Shown: positions 18,826-28,146, counted from the first letter of the stretch. The stretch is DNA of 64,000 bases from Firmicutes bacterium UBA3943 (GCA_002385625.1 DGDV01000047.1:26304-90303); one strand, 5' to 3'. Notes: generated by a model from the sequence alone, not told the origin. Program-made: numbers and translations.

Positions 18826-20688
18826 TCAAAATCCCCGCACCGGTACGCCGGTCAATGCCCGTCGGATAAAGTCGCCCCACAATTCTGCAGCAGTGCCGCT
18901 GCCTAGCACCTGTCCACCGGCGCGTAGCGGCGAATTGTCATCATTGCCCAACCAGACCACAGCCAAGATCTCCGGGGTATAGCCCACAAACCAAGCATTG
19001 GTATTACCGCTGGTGGTTCCAGTTTTACCGGCAGCTGGACGCCCCGGATTGCCCCGGACACCGGTGCCTTCCGTCAAGACCTTCTCCAGCATCTTCGTCA
19101 TATTAAAAGCCACCCAGTCTGGCAGCACCCGCCTTTGCCCCCTTTTACCCCGGCGCAGCAGGCGCCCGTTGGCATCCTCCACCCGCAAGAAGGCCACAGG
19201 TTCCAAACGCAGCCCCCGATTGGCAAAGACGGTATATGCCGCCGCCAACTCCAATGGTGTTACCCCTTTGGTCAGGCCACCCAAAGCCAAGGGGGCCAAG
19301 CCCCGGTCATTTTTGACCCCGCTCTTTACCAACGGCAACCCGGCCTCCTGGCATAATTTAAAGACCTTGTCTATGCCGATGGTTGCCACCAACTGGACTG
19401 CCACCGTATTTACGGACTCAACCAACCCCTGGGTCAGGGTAATCTCCCCCCGGTACCGGCCGTCATAATTTTGGGGCTGCCAAAGCCGCCCGTTAACCTC
19501 ATAACGTACAGGCCGATCCTCGATGGGGCTGTCGGGCCCATAGCCTTCCATGAGCGCAGCAGCAAAGACCAGGGGTTTAATGGCCGAGCCCGGTTGCCTG
19601 CGTACCTCCGTGGCCCGGTTCAACGGTGAACGACGATAACTGCGTCCCCCCACCATTGCCCGGATTTCCCCTGTGACGGAATCCAGCACCACCACGGCAA
19701 CCTGGGGTCCTGCACCTTCCGGCGACGCCGGCACATTGCCCACAATATCCTCGGCATACTGTTGCAGTCTCAGGTCCAATGGGGTATGGATCCGCAAACC
19801 CCCGGCACGGATGAACCGTTCGGTCCAGCCATGCTCCTGACTTAATTGGGCGACAACATAGTCCGCAAAGTATGAACCCCGGGTCGGCACCCCCGGCTGC
19901 GCCAATGTGCCCAAGGGACGGGCCGCTAACTCTTCCCGCAACCCGGCCGGGATCAGACCCTTTTTCTCCATAATAGCCAAGACCGTATTGCGCCGGGCTT
20001 TTGCCCGCTCCGGATGTTTAAACGGGGAATAATACTCCGGCCCCTTGGGCAGTCCCGCCAGCAAAGCCATTTGGTCCAGGGACAACTCCTGAACGGAACG
20101 GCCAAAATAAGTCCGGGCCGCAGCCTCGATGCCGTAAGCCCCCTGGCCGAAATAGATATCATTCAAATAGATCTCCAAGATCTGGTCCTTGCTGTATTGC
20201 CGTTCGATCCGCACCGCATAACCAATCTCCGCTAGTTTCCGCCGGAAGGTTCGTTCTTGGGTGAGAAAGAGATTCTTGGCCAACTGTTGGGTGATGGTAC
20301 TGCCTCCCTGCACTTTCTCCCCTTGCCGGAGATTTTCCATCAAGGCCCGGAGAATACCGCGCATGTCCACACCGCGGTGGCTGTAAAAACGGCTGTCCTC
20401 CACCGCAATAATCATCTCACGCAAGGGTACGGGGATCTTCTCCAACGGCACCCAGATGATCCGGGCCGGATTGAGGGCGGTGACCACCCGTCCGTTCCGG
20501 TCCAAAAGCACAGAGGAGCGCCGTGAGGCGCCCAAGCGCTCACGTAGATCCAGCCGGCCCAGAAAAGGATTGTACAAGATAAAATTCACCGCCAGCAGGC
20601 TGGCGATGCAAACAAAAACAATGAGCCAACGTACGCCCCGCTTTTTTGGTTGCTTGCGGATCCGCCGACGGTGGTGATGGAAGGCCAC
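18826..20688 (-). CDS. Class A penicillin-binding protein (glycosyltransferase plus transpeptidase)
   Basis: 620 aa. N-terminal TM anchor, GT51 motifs EDSRFYSHRGVD and GGSTITQQLAKN, and transpeptidase motifs GSAIKP (SxxK) and KTGTT. Confidence 0.92.
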   Translation of the reverse strand: MAFHHHRRRIRKQPKKRGVRWLIVFVCIASLLAVNFILYNPFLGRLDLRERLGASRRSSVLLDRNGRVVTALNPARIIWVPLEKIPVPLREMIIAVEDSRFYSHRGVDMRGILRALMENLRQGEKVQGGSTITQQLAKNLFLTQERTFRRKLAEIGYAVRIERQYSKDQILEIYLNDIYFGQGAYGIEAAARTYFGRSVQELSLDQMALLAGLPKGPEYYSPFKHPERAKARRNTVLAIMEKKGLIPAGLREELAARPLGTLAQPGVPTRGSYFADYVVAQLSQEHGWTERFIRAGGLRIHTPLDLRLQQYAEDIVGNVPASPEGAGPQVAVVVLDSVTGEIRAMVGGRSYRRSPLNRATEVRRQPGSAIKPLVFAAALMEGYGPDSPIEDRPVRYEVNGRLWQPQNYDGRYRGEITLTQGLVESVNTVAVQLVATIGIDKVFKLCQEAGLPLVKSGVKNDRGLAPLALGGLTKGVTPLELAAAYTVFANRGLRLEPVAFLRVEDANGRLLRRGKRGQRRVLPDWVAFNMTKMLEKVLTEGTGVRGNPGRPAAGKTGTTSGNTNAWFVGYTPEILAVVWLGNDDNSPLRAGGQVLGSGTAAELWGDFIRRALTGVPVRGF

Positions 20689-20747
20689 GCCGCCCCTCCT
20701 TTCATCCTAAATAGGATTTCCCTGGGAGCGGCCGGCAATTCCCATTT

Positions 20748-22868
20748 TTACGGTTTACCGGTACTCGGTTGTTCCTCCTGCTTTCCCCCGGTCTCCCTGC
20801 TTGCTTGGGGCAATTCTTCTTTTGTTCCTGCTCCGCTGGGAGCTGAGCCCTGGGGCTGGGACTGAGCAGACGGGAAGATAGGTTTTTTCACCATGTAATA
20901 ATCATTGGAGTTATTCCACAAGGTAAAACCAGAGCCGGGCGCAGTCAGGACCCCCACAATTTGATTGGTTAAATATTTCGTATAGGCCGCTTCCTTCATC
21001 CGGCGCTCACCACCCAAAAGAAAAGCTTGGACATAGGGGCGGATCAAACACTTCCCGCCGGTAATGGCCTTCGCCCGTCGGGTTCCTTCATAATAGAGCC
21101 GTTTCGCCCTGGCCAGGTAATCCTGGTCATTTAAAAACCCTTTTGGAAAATGGGAGGGATAAAACATCGGCGCCACCACATCCACATAATCGGCGACCAT
21201 CTCAATGTTTTGCCCGGTCAATTCCTCCATCCGGTACCAACAGTTAAACCCGTACAGATCCGTACTGATGGGGACGGTCAAGCGCTTCCGCGCCAAGGCC
21301 AGGAAGGACTCCAGCGCATCGCTCTTTTCCATACCCGGTGTCTGGTAACGATACTTGATGTTCGCAATAGCCCCGTCCGTAGGAAAACGGATGTAATCAA
21401 ACTGGATCTCATCCACGCCCAATGCCGCCAACTCCTCGGCAATGGCCAGATTATACTCCCATACTTCCGGTGAGAAAGGATCCACCCAAAACTCCCGTTG
21501 CACCATGGTCTTGGCCTTTGTTTTCGGATCCGTTGTCTCCACCAGATGGCCCCAGGGCCGGTCGGTGGTCCGGTCCCAGACCGCATACTTATGATCGGCA
21601 AATTCATACAGTTTTGGGTCCTTAAATACAACCAGCCGGCCAATGACATAGATCCCGTTCTCCTTGGCTTTTTTCAACAAATCCGGGAGATCAACAAGCT
21701 TCCTCACCGCACCCACCTTTTGCGGCAGGGACAAACCACTGGCGTAAGTAATGTAACCCGAATCATCTTTAAAATCCACAACCATGGCGTTTAAGCCATT
21801 AACCTTTATAAATTGAATGTGTTTGTCCAACAGCTTTCCCCGGGCTTGATTTGGCCGGACATAGATGCCGAAACGGTCAGCAGCGATGCGGAGCCGCTGT
21901 GCACGGTCTGGTTCAAGCTCGGGAACAAAAGTTACCGGCTGGGTAGGGCGGATTTGGTTTTGCTCCTCCTGATAAATCCAGGTCTTCCCGATTCCGGTTA
22001 AATACAGGGCCCACTCTTTGGTTCCGGTCTGCTGCTGCCCATCCGCAGCAGCAACCAGCGGAGAAAAATAAAGGCCGTTGATCAGCTCTCCTGATACTTC
22101 TGGCAGCTCAAGCTTCTTTACTTCCTCCTTTTTACCGCGTTTGACAAAGTAGAGCCCATTGCCGAAATCGCAGGCAAAATAATAGCAGTCCGGTTCCACC
22201 GGATGGTAAGTTAAGGCGGAGATCTCCTCCCAAAAACGGAAGCCTTGAAAAAGGAAGGACATGCCCGTAGAAATTTCCGTCCAACTTTTCCCGGCATTAA
22301 CCGTCTCAAAGATGCCGGAATAGGCCGTCCCGATCATAATCTTTTGGGGATCATGGGAGGAAAGGGCCACGGCGGTGATGTAAGCTCCTTTAGCCAAGAC
22401 GGTGTCCAAAGGAACAAAACGCCAGGTCATCCCGGCATCTTCGGATAAATAAAGACCCGTACAGGTGGTGACCGCCACCCGCTTGGGGTTGACCGGGTCC
22501 ACTGCCAAAGCTGTCAACCGGCGGGGCAGGGGATTAAACGCCGGATAAACCAGGCGCTGCGGCAATCCCTCGTTCCGAGATTCCCAGGTAACGCCCTGAT
22601 CTTGGGAGACCAGAAAGCCTTTTTCCCCGGACAAGCCGTACCAAAGGGTATTTCCTGCTTTTACCAGCCGTTCTGGCCAAAATTGCTGGGCCACTTCACC
22701 CTGGCTTTCTCCCACTGCTCCAGCCGTCGCTGCCGGGGCCACTGCCGTTGCCAGCCTTCCCGTTGGTAAAGAACCGTTTGGTATATGCAGCCAAGGGATT
22801 GTCAAACAGAGCAGAATAGTAAGCAATAACCACCTTTTGGTCATGACAGTTGCGTAGCCTCCCCTCAT
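20748..22868 (-). CDS. Secreted protein with an N-terminal Asp-box (BNR) propeller and a C-terminal glycoside-hydrolase-like TIM-barrel domain (DUF4015-like)
   Basis: Signal peptide MTKRWLLLTILLCL; the likely start is Met at 22844. Asp-boxes are SQDQGVTW, SEDAGMTW and NAGKSW. The C-terminal half reads AMVVDFKDDSGYITY...GRLVVFKD...EFWVDPFSPEVWEYNLAIAEELAALGVDEIQFDYIRFP. Confidence 0.6.
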   Translation of the reverse strand: MRGGYATVMTKRWLLLTILLCLTIPWLHIPNGSLPTGRLATAVAPAATAGAVGESQGEVAQQFWPERLVKAGNTLWYGLSGEKGFLVSQDQGVTWESRNEGLPQRLVYPAFNPLPRRLTALAVDPVNPKRVAVTTCTGLYLSEDAGMTWRFVPLDTVLAKGAYITAVALSSHDPQKIMIGTAYSGIFETVNAGKSWTEISTGMSFLFQGFRFWEEISALTYHPVEPDCYYFACDFGNGLYFVKRGKKEEVKKLELPEVSGELINGLYFSPLVAAADGQQQTGTKEWALYLTGIGKTWIYQEEQNQIRPTQPVTFVPELEPDRAQRLRIAADRFGIYVRPNQARGKLLDKHIQFIKVNGLNAMVVDFKDDSGYITYASGLSLPQKVGAVRKLVDLPDLLKKAKENGIYVIGRLVVFKDPKLYEFADHKYAVWDRTTDRPWGHLVETTDPKTKAKTMVQREFWVDPFSPEVWEYNLAIAEELAALGVDEIQFDYIRFPTDGAIANIKYRYQTPGMEKSDALESFLALARKRLTVPISTDLYGFNCWYRMEELTGQNIEMVADYVDVVAPMFYPSHFPKGFLNDQDYLARAKRLYYEGTRRAKAITGGKCLIRPYVQAFLLGGERRMKEAAYTKYLTNQIVGVLTAPGSGFTLWNNSNDYYMVKKPIFPSAQSQPQGSAPSGAGTKEELPQASRETGGKQEEQPSTGKP

Positions 22869-23020
22869 CGTTTGCCCCGTCGATTTTCACAGGTAAACAA
22901 TTATGTCACAGTCAAACCTATTTTTTCGCTGTTCGGATCATAATTCCTTTATTAATTGACCGTTGGTAATTTTTGTAGCATAATGATATTGTTTAAAAAT
23001 TGTCAAGGGAGATAATTTGT

Positions 23021-23901
23021 TTGAAAAAACCTCTAATAACTTGCTTAATCATCGGTAGCCTGCTTTGGGGAATTTGTCCCGCCGTATTGGCCGATGAACC
23101 AACGGAAGCCACGCAAGAAAACACTGTAACTGAAGATATTGCAACCGATGATTCTTTAACCCAGGACACGCCAATGAATAACACTTCAAACGAAAACGTT
23201 CCAAACGAAAACGCACTGACCGCAAACACCGAAACCGAAGAATCTCCCCAAAAACACGGGATCAATTATTATGCCGGTGACCACACCACCTATTATACAG
23301 ATTACAGTCTGATGAACGATGAGTTCCCCAATGCTGACATCCGGTTTACCACTGTCGGCTTCGAGTTGGCACGGGGAAACATTTTCGTTGGCGGTTTCTT
23401 CTCCTACGATGTGGACTATATCCCTGAATCAGTGGAACATGGAAAAGCCTCTGATCATATGTTCCATCTCTATGGTGGGAAATATAAAATAAGAAACAAC
23501 AAACTATCGACAATAATTTTCTCTGTGTTCAATTGGGACAGTTCATTTAGAAGTCCCGACTTTGTCGATGATGAGACAATCTTTTCTGGCTTGGTATAGG
23601 CTATAAATATGCTTATTTCTCCGAGCGGTTTTATGCCAGTGCGCTTTTTTCAACAGACATAATAAATGTAATCAGATTTATATTAGAAGCACTAAGCGAT
23701 GATGAGGATAAAGATGGTTACGACGATTATGATGACGATGATGAAAAATACGACAAATACAGCAACTATAAAAACTCCCTCTTGGAATTAAAGGCCTGTC
23801 TGCACATAACAGACCAACTAGGAGTTTATCTCACCCTCCGGAGTATCTATGGAAAGCACACATATACAGCCTATGGCACAGGACTGGAAGTAAAATTCTG
23901 A
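23021..23901 (+). pseudogene. Frameshifted paralog 1 of a secreted beta-barrel-like protein family
   Basis: TTG at 23021 with an AAGGGAG RBS gives signal peptide (M)KKPLITCLIIGSLLWGICPAVLA. This frame stops at 23597-23599. A Met-less open frame (23575-23901, missing from the track) continues as GIGYKYAYFSERFY...AYGTGLEVKF and aligns with the C-terminal half of the 24073-24717 protein. Confidence 0.75.
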
Positions 23902-23904
23902 AAG

Positions 23905-23956
23905 TAACAAAACAACCGTGCAATCTTCCAGACTACACGCGGTTGTTTTGTTTTGA
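23905..23956 (+). terminator. Intrinsic terminator after paralog 1
   Basis: 13-bp stem AACAAAACAACCG/CGGTTGTTTTGTT followed by TTT. Confidence 0.7.
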
Positions 23957-24072
23957 CAGCCACAAGAAACAGCTTCTTTAAGCGTCTCTGCCAAGATTTA
24001 CCCACATTGTTTTTTCCTGTACAATTATTTATAATAAGATTGTCCGAAAATTAAAAAAGAGGGGGTAATACG

Positions 24073-24717
24073 GTGAGAAAATTTATAATCCTTCCGGTTT
24101 TAGCTGTGTTTCTAGGTCTTTCCCTGGCCTCTGCCGTTTTGGCCGTGGAAGAACAGTCCTCAATCTACCTTGATTATAGTGGTCTTAGCAAAGACAACCA
24201 GGACGCGGAGATGATCTCCCTGGGCGGCGAGGGCATCACCGGGAGTTGGCTCTTTGGCGGTTATTATTCCAGGAGTGTCGGTCATGACCCCAGCCCTGAA
24301 AGATATGAAGACTATACCGACAAAATGTTCCTGGTTTATACCGGTTACGATTTTATTCCACACGAGAACTATATCCTGGCTGGTTTAATCGGATATTATC
24401 AGTGGAAGTCCGAGTATGAGAATGACTTCGACTCCGCCGCTTCCAAAGAAACAAAATACAGCTCATGGATGGCAGGAGTCAAACTTGCCTACCAGCCGGA
24501 AGCCGGCTATATCAGTTTAATCTACTTATACGGCGTTGATAACAAATTTGAAGTAAATAATATCCTCTCCGACGATGACTTTGATTTTTCACTGTGGGAA
24601 ATCAAAGGCGGCTATTATTTTACGGAATCCGCCGGGATCAACGCCTTTTACCGGGTCTATTCCGACGGTAATGAGGATTACGACAGCTTTGGCCTAGGGG
24701 TTGAATGGAGATATTAA
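24073..24717 (+). CDS. Secreted beta-barrel-like protein, paralog 2 (intact)
   Basis: GTG start with a GAGGGGG RBS. Signal peptide MRKFIILPVLAVFLGLSLASAVLA. Aromatic-rich alternating pattern. The C-terminus SFGLGVEWRY has alternating hydrophobics and a terminal aromatic. Confidence 0.7.
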   Translation: MRKFIILPVLAVFLGLSLASAVLAVEEQSSIYLDYSGLSKDNQDAEMISLGGEGITGSWLFGGYYSRSVGHDPSPERYEDYTDKMFLVYTGYDFIPHENYILAGLIGYYQWKSEYENDFDSAASKETKYSSWMAGVKLAYQPEAGYISLIYLYGVDNKFEVNNILSDDDFDFSLWEIKGGYYFTESAGINAFYRVYSDGNEDYDSFGLGVEWRY

Positions 24718-24744
24718 TATTTTCTTCGGATCCGATCACCTTTA

Positions 24745-24780
24745 AAAGAAAAGGTTGGCCTGTGCCAACCTTTTTTTTTA
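24745..24780 (+). terminator. Intrinsic terminator after paralog 2
   Basis: AAGGTTGGC-ctgt-GCCAACCTT followed by TTTTTTT. Confidence 0.85.
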
Positions 24781-24825
24781 GTTTTCCGGCCTCACTTGCT
24801 AAAATAACTCCTTAAAAACCACCCC

Positions 24826-25983
24826 TCAGCCCAGTACCAGAACCAGCGCGGCTAAACCCAGAAACAGCACTCCCATGAACAATTTGACCAAAGCTAAATT
24901 TTCCTTGGTGAACTTGGCGAAACGTTCGGAGCTTACCCCCCGGCAGGCCAGGATAAAGACGACCAACAACGGCAGAATAAACATTAAGTTATAAAGGATT
25001 AAATAGCATAAAGCGCGGGCCTTAACGCCGCCGGCCTGCCGCAGTACCAGAATGATGGGGAAATAAACCTGACCTGTACAGGGAAATTCCAGCGCCGCCA
25101 CAAGAAAGCCCACGATAAAAGCACTGCCAAACATTGTGCCCCGGCGGAGGTGTTCCCGGATCACCCCATGGATTTTCCGCTTGACCCCGTCGCTTAAACC
25201 AAGCTTTATAGCGTCCACCCGGCCCTTCTTAACCTGGATGAAATCATAAAAGCTTAACCCCGCCAACCAGGCTGTCAAGCCGGCTGTCGCCCATTTCAGC
25301 AGCAAACTGACCCACCGGAAACGTCCAAGGCGAGTCACAAACTCCAACAAGCCAAGGCCAATCAAGAAATAGGCCACAAAAACCCCAAAGGTAAAAAGAC
25401 TTCCCGCCAATAACAGCTCTTTCCCTCTGCGCCCAACATAGGCCAGGTAAGACAGGAGAAAGATCAGGGTGGTGAAAGCGCAAGGATTGACGCCATCCAT
25501 TAAACCTGCGCCCAAAACAGTAAATAACCCTATTTGCTGCAATTGTTCCGTTGGCTCCGGCAAGGAGCGTCCGCCAGCCATCCCCTCCGGCCAGTCGCAG
25601 CCCCCCACCGCTTGATATTTACGGATAACTGCTTCCAGATTTTCAGCTATTTCCTGGCCTCCCGCAAGAACATCTTTCCCAACAATGACTAACGGAGGCG
25701 TTTTATCCAGAACCCGGCCGGACTGTTTCTCAATGGCCAGCAAAGTCCGGTAGTTCTCCAGCTGGCTGATTTCCAGAAGGGCCATCTCCACCCGCGGCCC
25801 GTATTTCCGTTGAATAGCCGGTAGAAAGCTTTCCTTCAAATCCTGGCATTCGTCACATGTGGCAGAGTAGAAGTAAAGCATCCGAACGGTATTTTGCTTC
25901 AATGCACCATATGCTACAGGCGACAAAAGCAACAGGAAAACAAGGATAATGCCAATGGTGCTTAACCTTGCCTGCGCCATCAT
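24826..25983 (-). CDS. CcdA/DsbD-family thiol-disulfide transporter with an N-terminal thioredoxin-like domain
   Basis: N-terminal signal/anchor, then YFYSATCDECQDL (CxxC). The membrane domain has conserved cysteines in GVNPCAF and EFPCTGQ. The start is uncertain (track TTG at 25998; ATG ATG at 25983/25980). Confidence 0.75.
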   Translation of the reverse strand: MMAQARLSTIGIILVFLLLLSPVAYGALKQNTVRMLYFYSATCDECQDLKESFLPAIQRKYGPRVEMALLEISQLENYRTLLAIEKQSGRVLDKTPPLVIVGKDVLAGGQEIAENLEAVIRKYQAVGGCDWPEGMAGGRSLPEPTEQLQQIGLFTVLGAGLMDGVNPCAFTTLIFLLSYLAYVGRRGKELLLAGSLFTFGVFVAYFLIGLGLLEFVTRLGRFRWVSLLLKWATAGLTAWLAGLSFYDFIQVKKGRVDAIKLGLSDGVKRKIHGVIREHLRRGTMFGSAFIVGFLVAALEFPCTGQVYFPIILVLRQAGGVKARALCYLILYNLMFILPLLVVFILACRGVSSERFAKFTKENLALVKLFMGVLFLGLAALVLVLG

Positions 25984-26096
25984 ACTCCCCCAATCCAAAT
26001 GAAATCGTTATCGCGTCGTAATTAAAATACTAGATATTTAATTATAACATATTTTTTATATATTCCCAACTATATAATAAACTGTTTGCACAACTG

Positions 26097-26312
26097 ATGC
26101 CGGTTTTTTGTGGTTTTCCAAGATTGCTTCCATATAATAAAAACATTTTAATTCAATTGTTTTATTTATATGGAGTCGGTGTTCTCTATCTAGAAGCAAA
26201 CACCGGAATTTATTTAACTGAGAACATCGGTTTTGGCTTAACGTACCGGAGCTATAATGTAAGCTCCGCGGATTTTTCAGGTTTTGGCGCAGGCATGCAA
26301 ATCCGTTTCTAA
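26097..26312 (+). pseudogene. Truncated remnant (C-terminal ~50 codons) of a third beta-barrel-like paralog
   Basis: LFYLYGVG...LEANTGIYLTENIGFGLTYRSYNVSSADFSGFGAGMQIRF aligns with LIYLYGVD...LWEIKGGYYFTESAGINAFYRVYSDGNEDYDSFGLGVEWRY of paralog 2. It has no signal peptide or N-terminal half and is preceded by very AT-rich DNA. Confidence 0.65.
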
Positions 26313-26357
26313 GCAGAGATTAAGCAGATATTTCAAAAATGAAACCCCTGTAAATAA

Positions 26358-26412
26358 ACTGACCCCCAAAGTTCAATTTCCTACTGAAAATAACTTTGGG
26401 GGTTCAGTTTTA
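26358..26412. terminator. Bidirectional intrinsic terminator between the paralog remnant and icd
   Basis: TGACCCCCAAAGTT...AACTTTGGGGGTTCA long stem with T-runs on both strands. Confidence 0.8.
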
Positions 26413-26447
26413 AACAGGCAATCTCTTATTCTCTTTTAAACTTTGCT

Positions 26448-27527
26448 TTATAATGCTTTGAGTTTGGCAATAATGGCATCGGCCATCTCCGCTGTACCGA
26501 CCGCCGACGGATCGTTCCGGTCGGCTTTCATATCATATGTGACATCCTTGCCTTCGGCGATCACTGCCGCCACGGCCTTCTCCAACCGGTCGGCCGCCTC
26601 CTTCTCGCCGATATGCCGCAGCATTAACATGCCAGAGAGAATCAAGGCCGTGGGGTTCACCTTGTTGAGACCCTTGTATTTCGGGGCAGAACCATGAGTT
26701 GGTTCAAAGACCGCCACATCGTCGCCGATGTTGGCTCCCGGTGCGACACCCAAGCCACCCACCAAGCCGGCGCAGAGGTCAGAGATGATATCACCGTATA
26801 GGTTTGGCAGGACCAAGACGTCAAAGTTCTCCGGGCGTTGGACCAACTGCATGCACATGGCATCCACCAATACTTCCTCGTAGGCCACCACACCCTCGTA
26901 GTCCTTGGCCACCTCCCGGCCGACCCGGTAAAACAGGCCATCGGTGTATTTCATGATATTGGCTTTGGCCACCGCCGTAACCTTTTTCCTGCCGCTGGCC
27001 TTGGCATACTCAAAGGCATACCTGATAATCTTTTCACTGCCCTCCGGCGAGATGGGTTTGACAGAAATGGCCGAACTCGGGCGAACCTTGCCCTTTGGGG
27101 CCATCTCTATGATCTTTTGGGCTTCCGGAGTCCCGCAATCAAACTCCACACCCGCATAGAGGTCCTCACTGTTCTCCCGGACAACCACCAGGTCAATATT
27201 GGAGTAGCGGGAACGCACCCCCGGATAAGATTTGCATGGACGCACACAGGCATACAGGCCAAGTTCATGCCTGAGAGCCACGTTGACACTGCGGAATCCT
27301 GTGCCAATCGGTGTGGTAATCGGACCTTTCAAAGCCACTTTGTTCCGGCGGATGGATTCAAGCACATCGTCGGGTAACGGTGTACCGGCTTTTTCCATCA
27401 CATCCACGCCCGCATGGCGCACTTCCCAGGTAATGTCAGCGCCCGTTGCTTCAATAACCCGGCGGGCAGCCTCCGTCAACTCCGGGCCGGTGCCATCACC
27501 GGGAATCAATGTAATTACCCGTGACAT
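26448..27527 (-). CDS. icd: Isocitrate dehydrogenase (isocitrate/isopropylmalate dehydrogenase family, short NAD-type)
   Basis: [49 protein letters not shown] and [19 protein letters not shown]. Start set at 27527 with an AAGGAGAG RBS; the longer track ORF has no support. Confidence 0.85.
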   Translation of the reverse strand: MSRVITLIPGDGTGPELTEAARRVIEATGADITWEVRHAGVDVMEKAGTPLPDDVLESIRRNKVALKGPITTPIGTGFRSVNVALRHELGLYACVRPCKSYPGVRSRYSNIDLVVVRENSEDLYAGVEFDCGTPEAQKIIEMAPKGKVRPSSAISVKPISPEGSEKIIRYAFEYAKASGRKKVTAVAKANIMKYTDGLFYRVGREVAKDYEGVVAYEEVLVDAMCMQLVQRPENFDVLVLPNLYGDIISDLCAGLVGGLGVAPGANIGDDVAVFEPTHGSAPKYKGLNKVNPTALILSGMLMLRHIGEKEAADRLEKAVAAVIAEGKDVTYDMKADRNDPSAVGTAEMADAIIAKLKAL

Positions 27528-27610
27528 AAAATCTCTCCTTCCATATGTATAGCGTCCATTCAATTCGACAGGCCGTCTCCCAACTCCTGCCGCGGGTTGA
27601 TAGACGGCAA

Positions 27611-27643
27611 TATTGTTCAACTATTGTTCAATATATTGCTCAA
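27611..27643. repeat. Three direct repeats ATTG(T/C)TCAA spaced 11 and 12 bp, upstream of icd
   Basis: ATTGTTCAA at 27612-27620 and 27623-27631, and ATTGCTCAA at 27635-27643. The last copy overlaps the dCMP deaminase stop codon. Confidence 0.6.
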
Positions 27644-28146
27644 TATCCGGATTTACCCGGGTCCAAAACCGCCTGGTCCTCCCGGACCCAATCATCCACA
27701 TGGTAGACGCTGTATTTTCCATCCGCTTCCCGGACAATCACCTTGGCAATACCGGCATTGATAATCATCCTGGTACAAAGTTTGCAAGGGCGCGTCCCTC
27801 CCACCCTTTCTCCGGTCTGCGGATTGATGCAAGCCAGATACAAGGTGGAACCTAGCATCTCCTGGCGGGAGGCATGGATAATGGCGTTCATCTCGGCGTG
27901 GACCGATCGGCAGAGTTCATACCGTTCCCCGGGGGGAATATTTGCCTTCTGCCTGGGACATTCCGCTAAATCAATGCAATTGACCACACCCCGGGGCGCC
28001 CCGACATAACCGGTGCTGATAATCTGGTCGTCCCGGACAATCACCGCGCCGAAAAGCCGCCGCAGGCATGTTCCGCGCCTGGCTACCTCCTCTGCGATGT
28101 TTAAGTAGTAATCTTCCTTGCTGGGACGCGAACTCATCCCCATCAA
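27640..28146 (-). CDS. comEB: Deoxycytidylate (dCMP) deaminase
   Basis: 168 aa. VHAEMNAIIHAS (HAE zinc motif) and PCKLCTRMIINAG (PCxxC). Confidence 0.88.
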   Translation of the reverse strand: MMGMSSRPSKEDYYLNIAEEVARRGTCLRRLFGAVIVRDDQIISTGYVGAPRGVVNCIDLAECPRQKANIPPGERYELCRSVHAEMNAIIHASRQEMLGSTLYLACINPQTGERVGGTRPCKLCTRMIINAGIAKVIVREADGKYSVYHVDDWVREDQAVLDPGKSGY

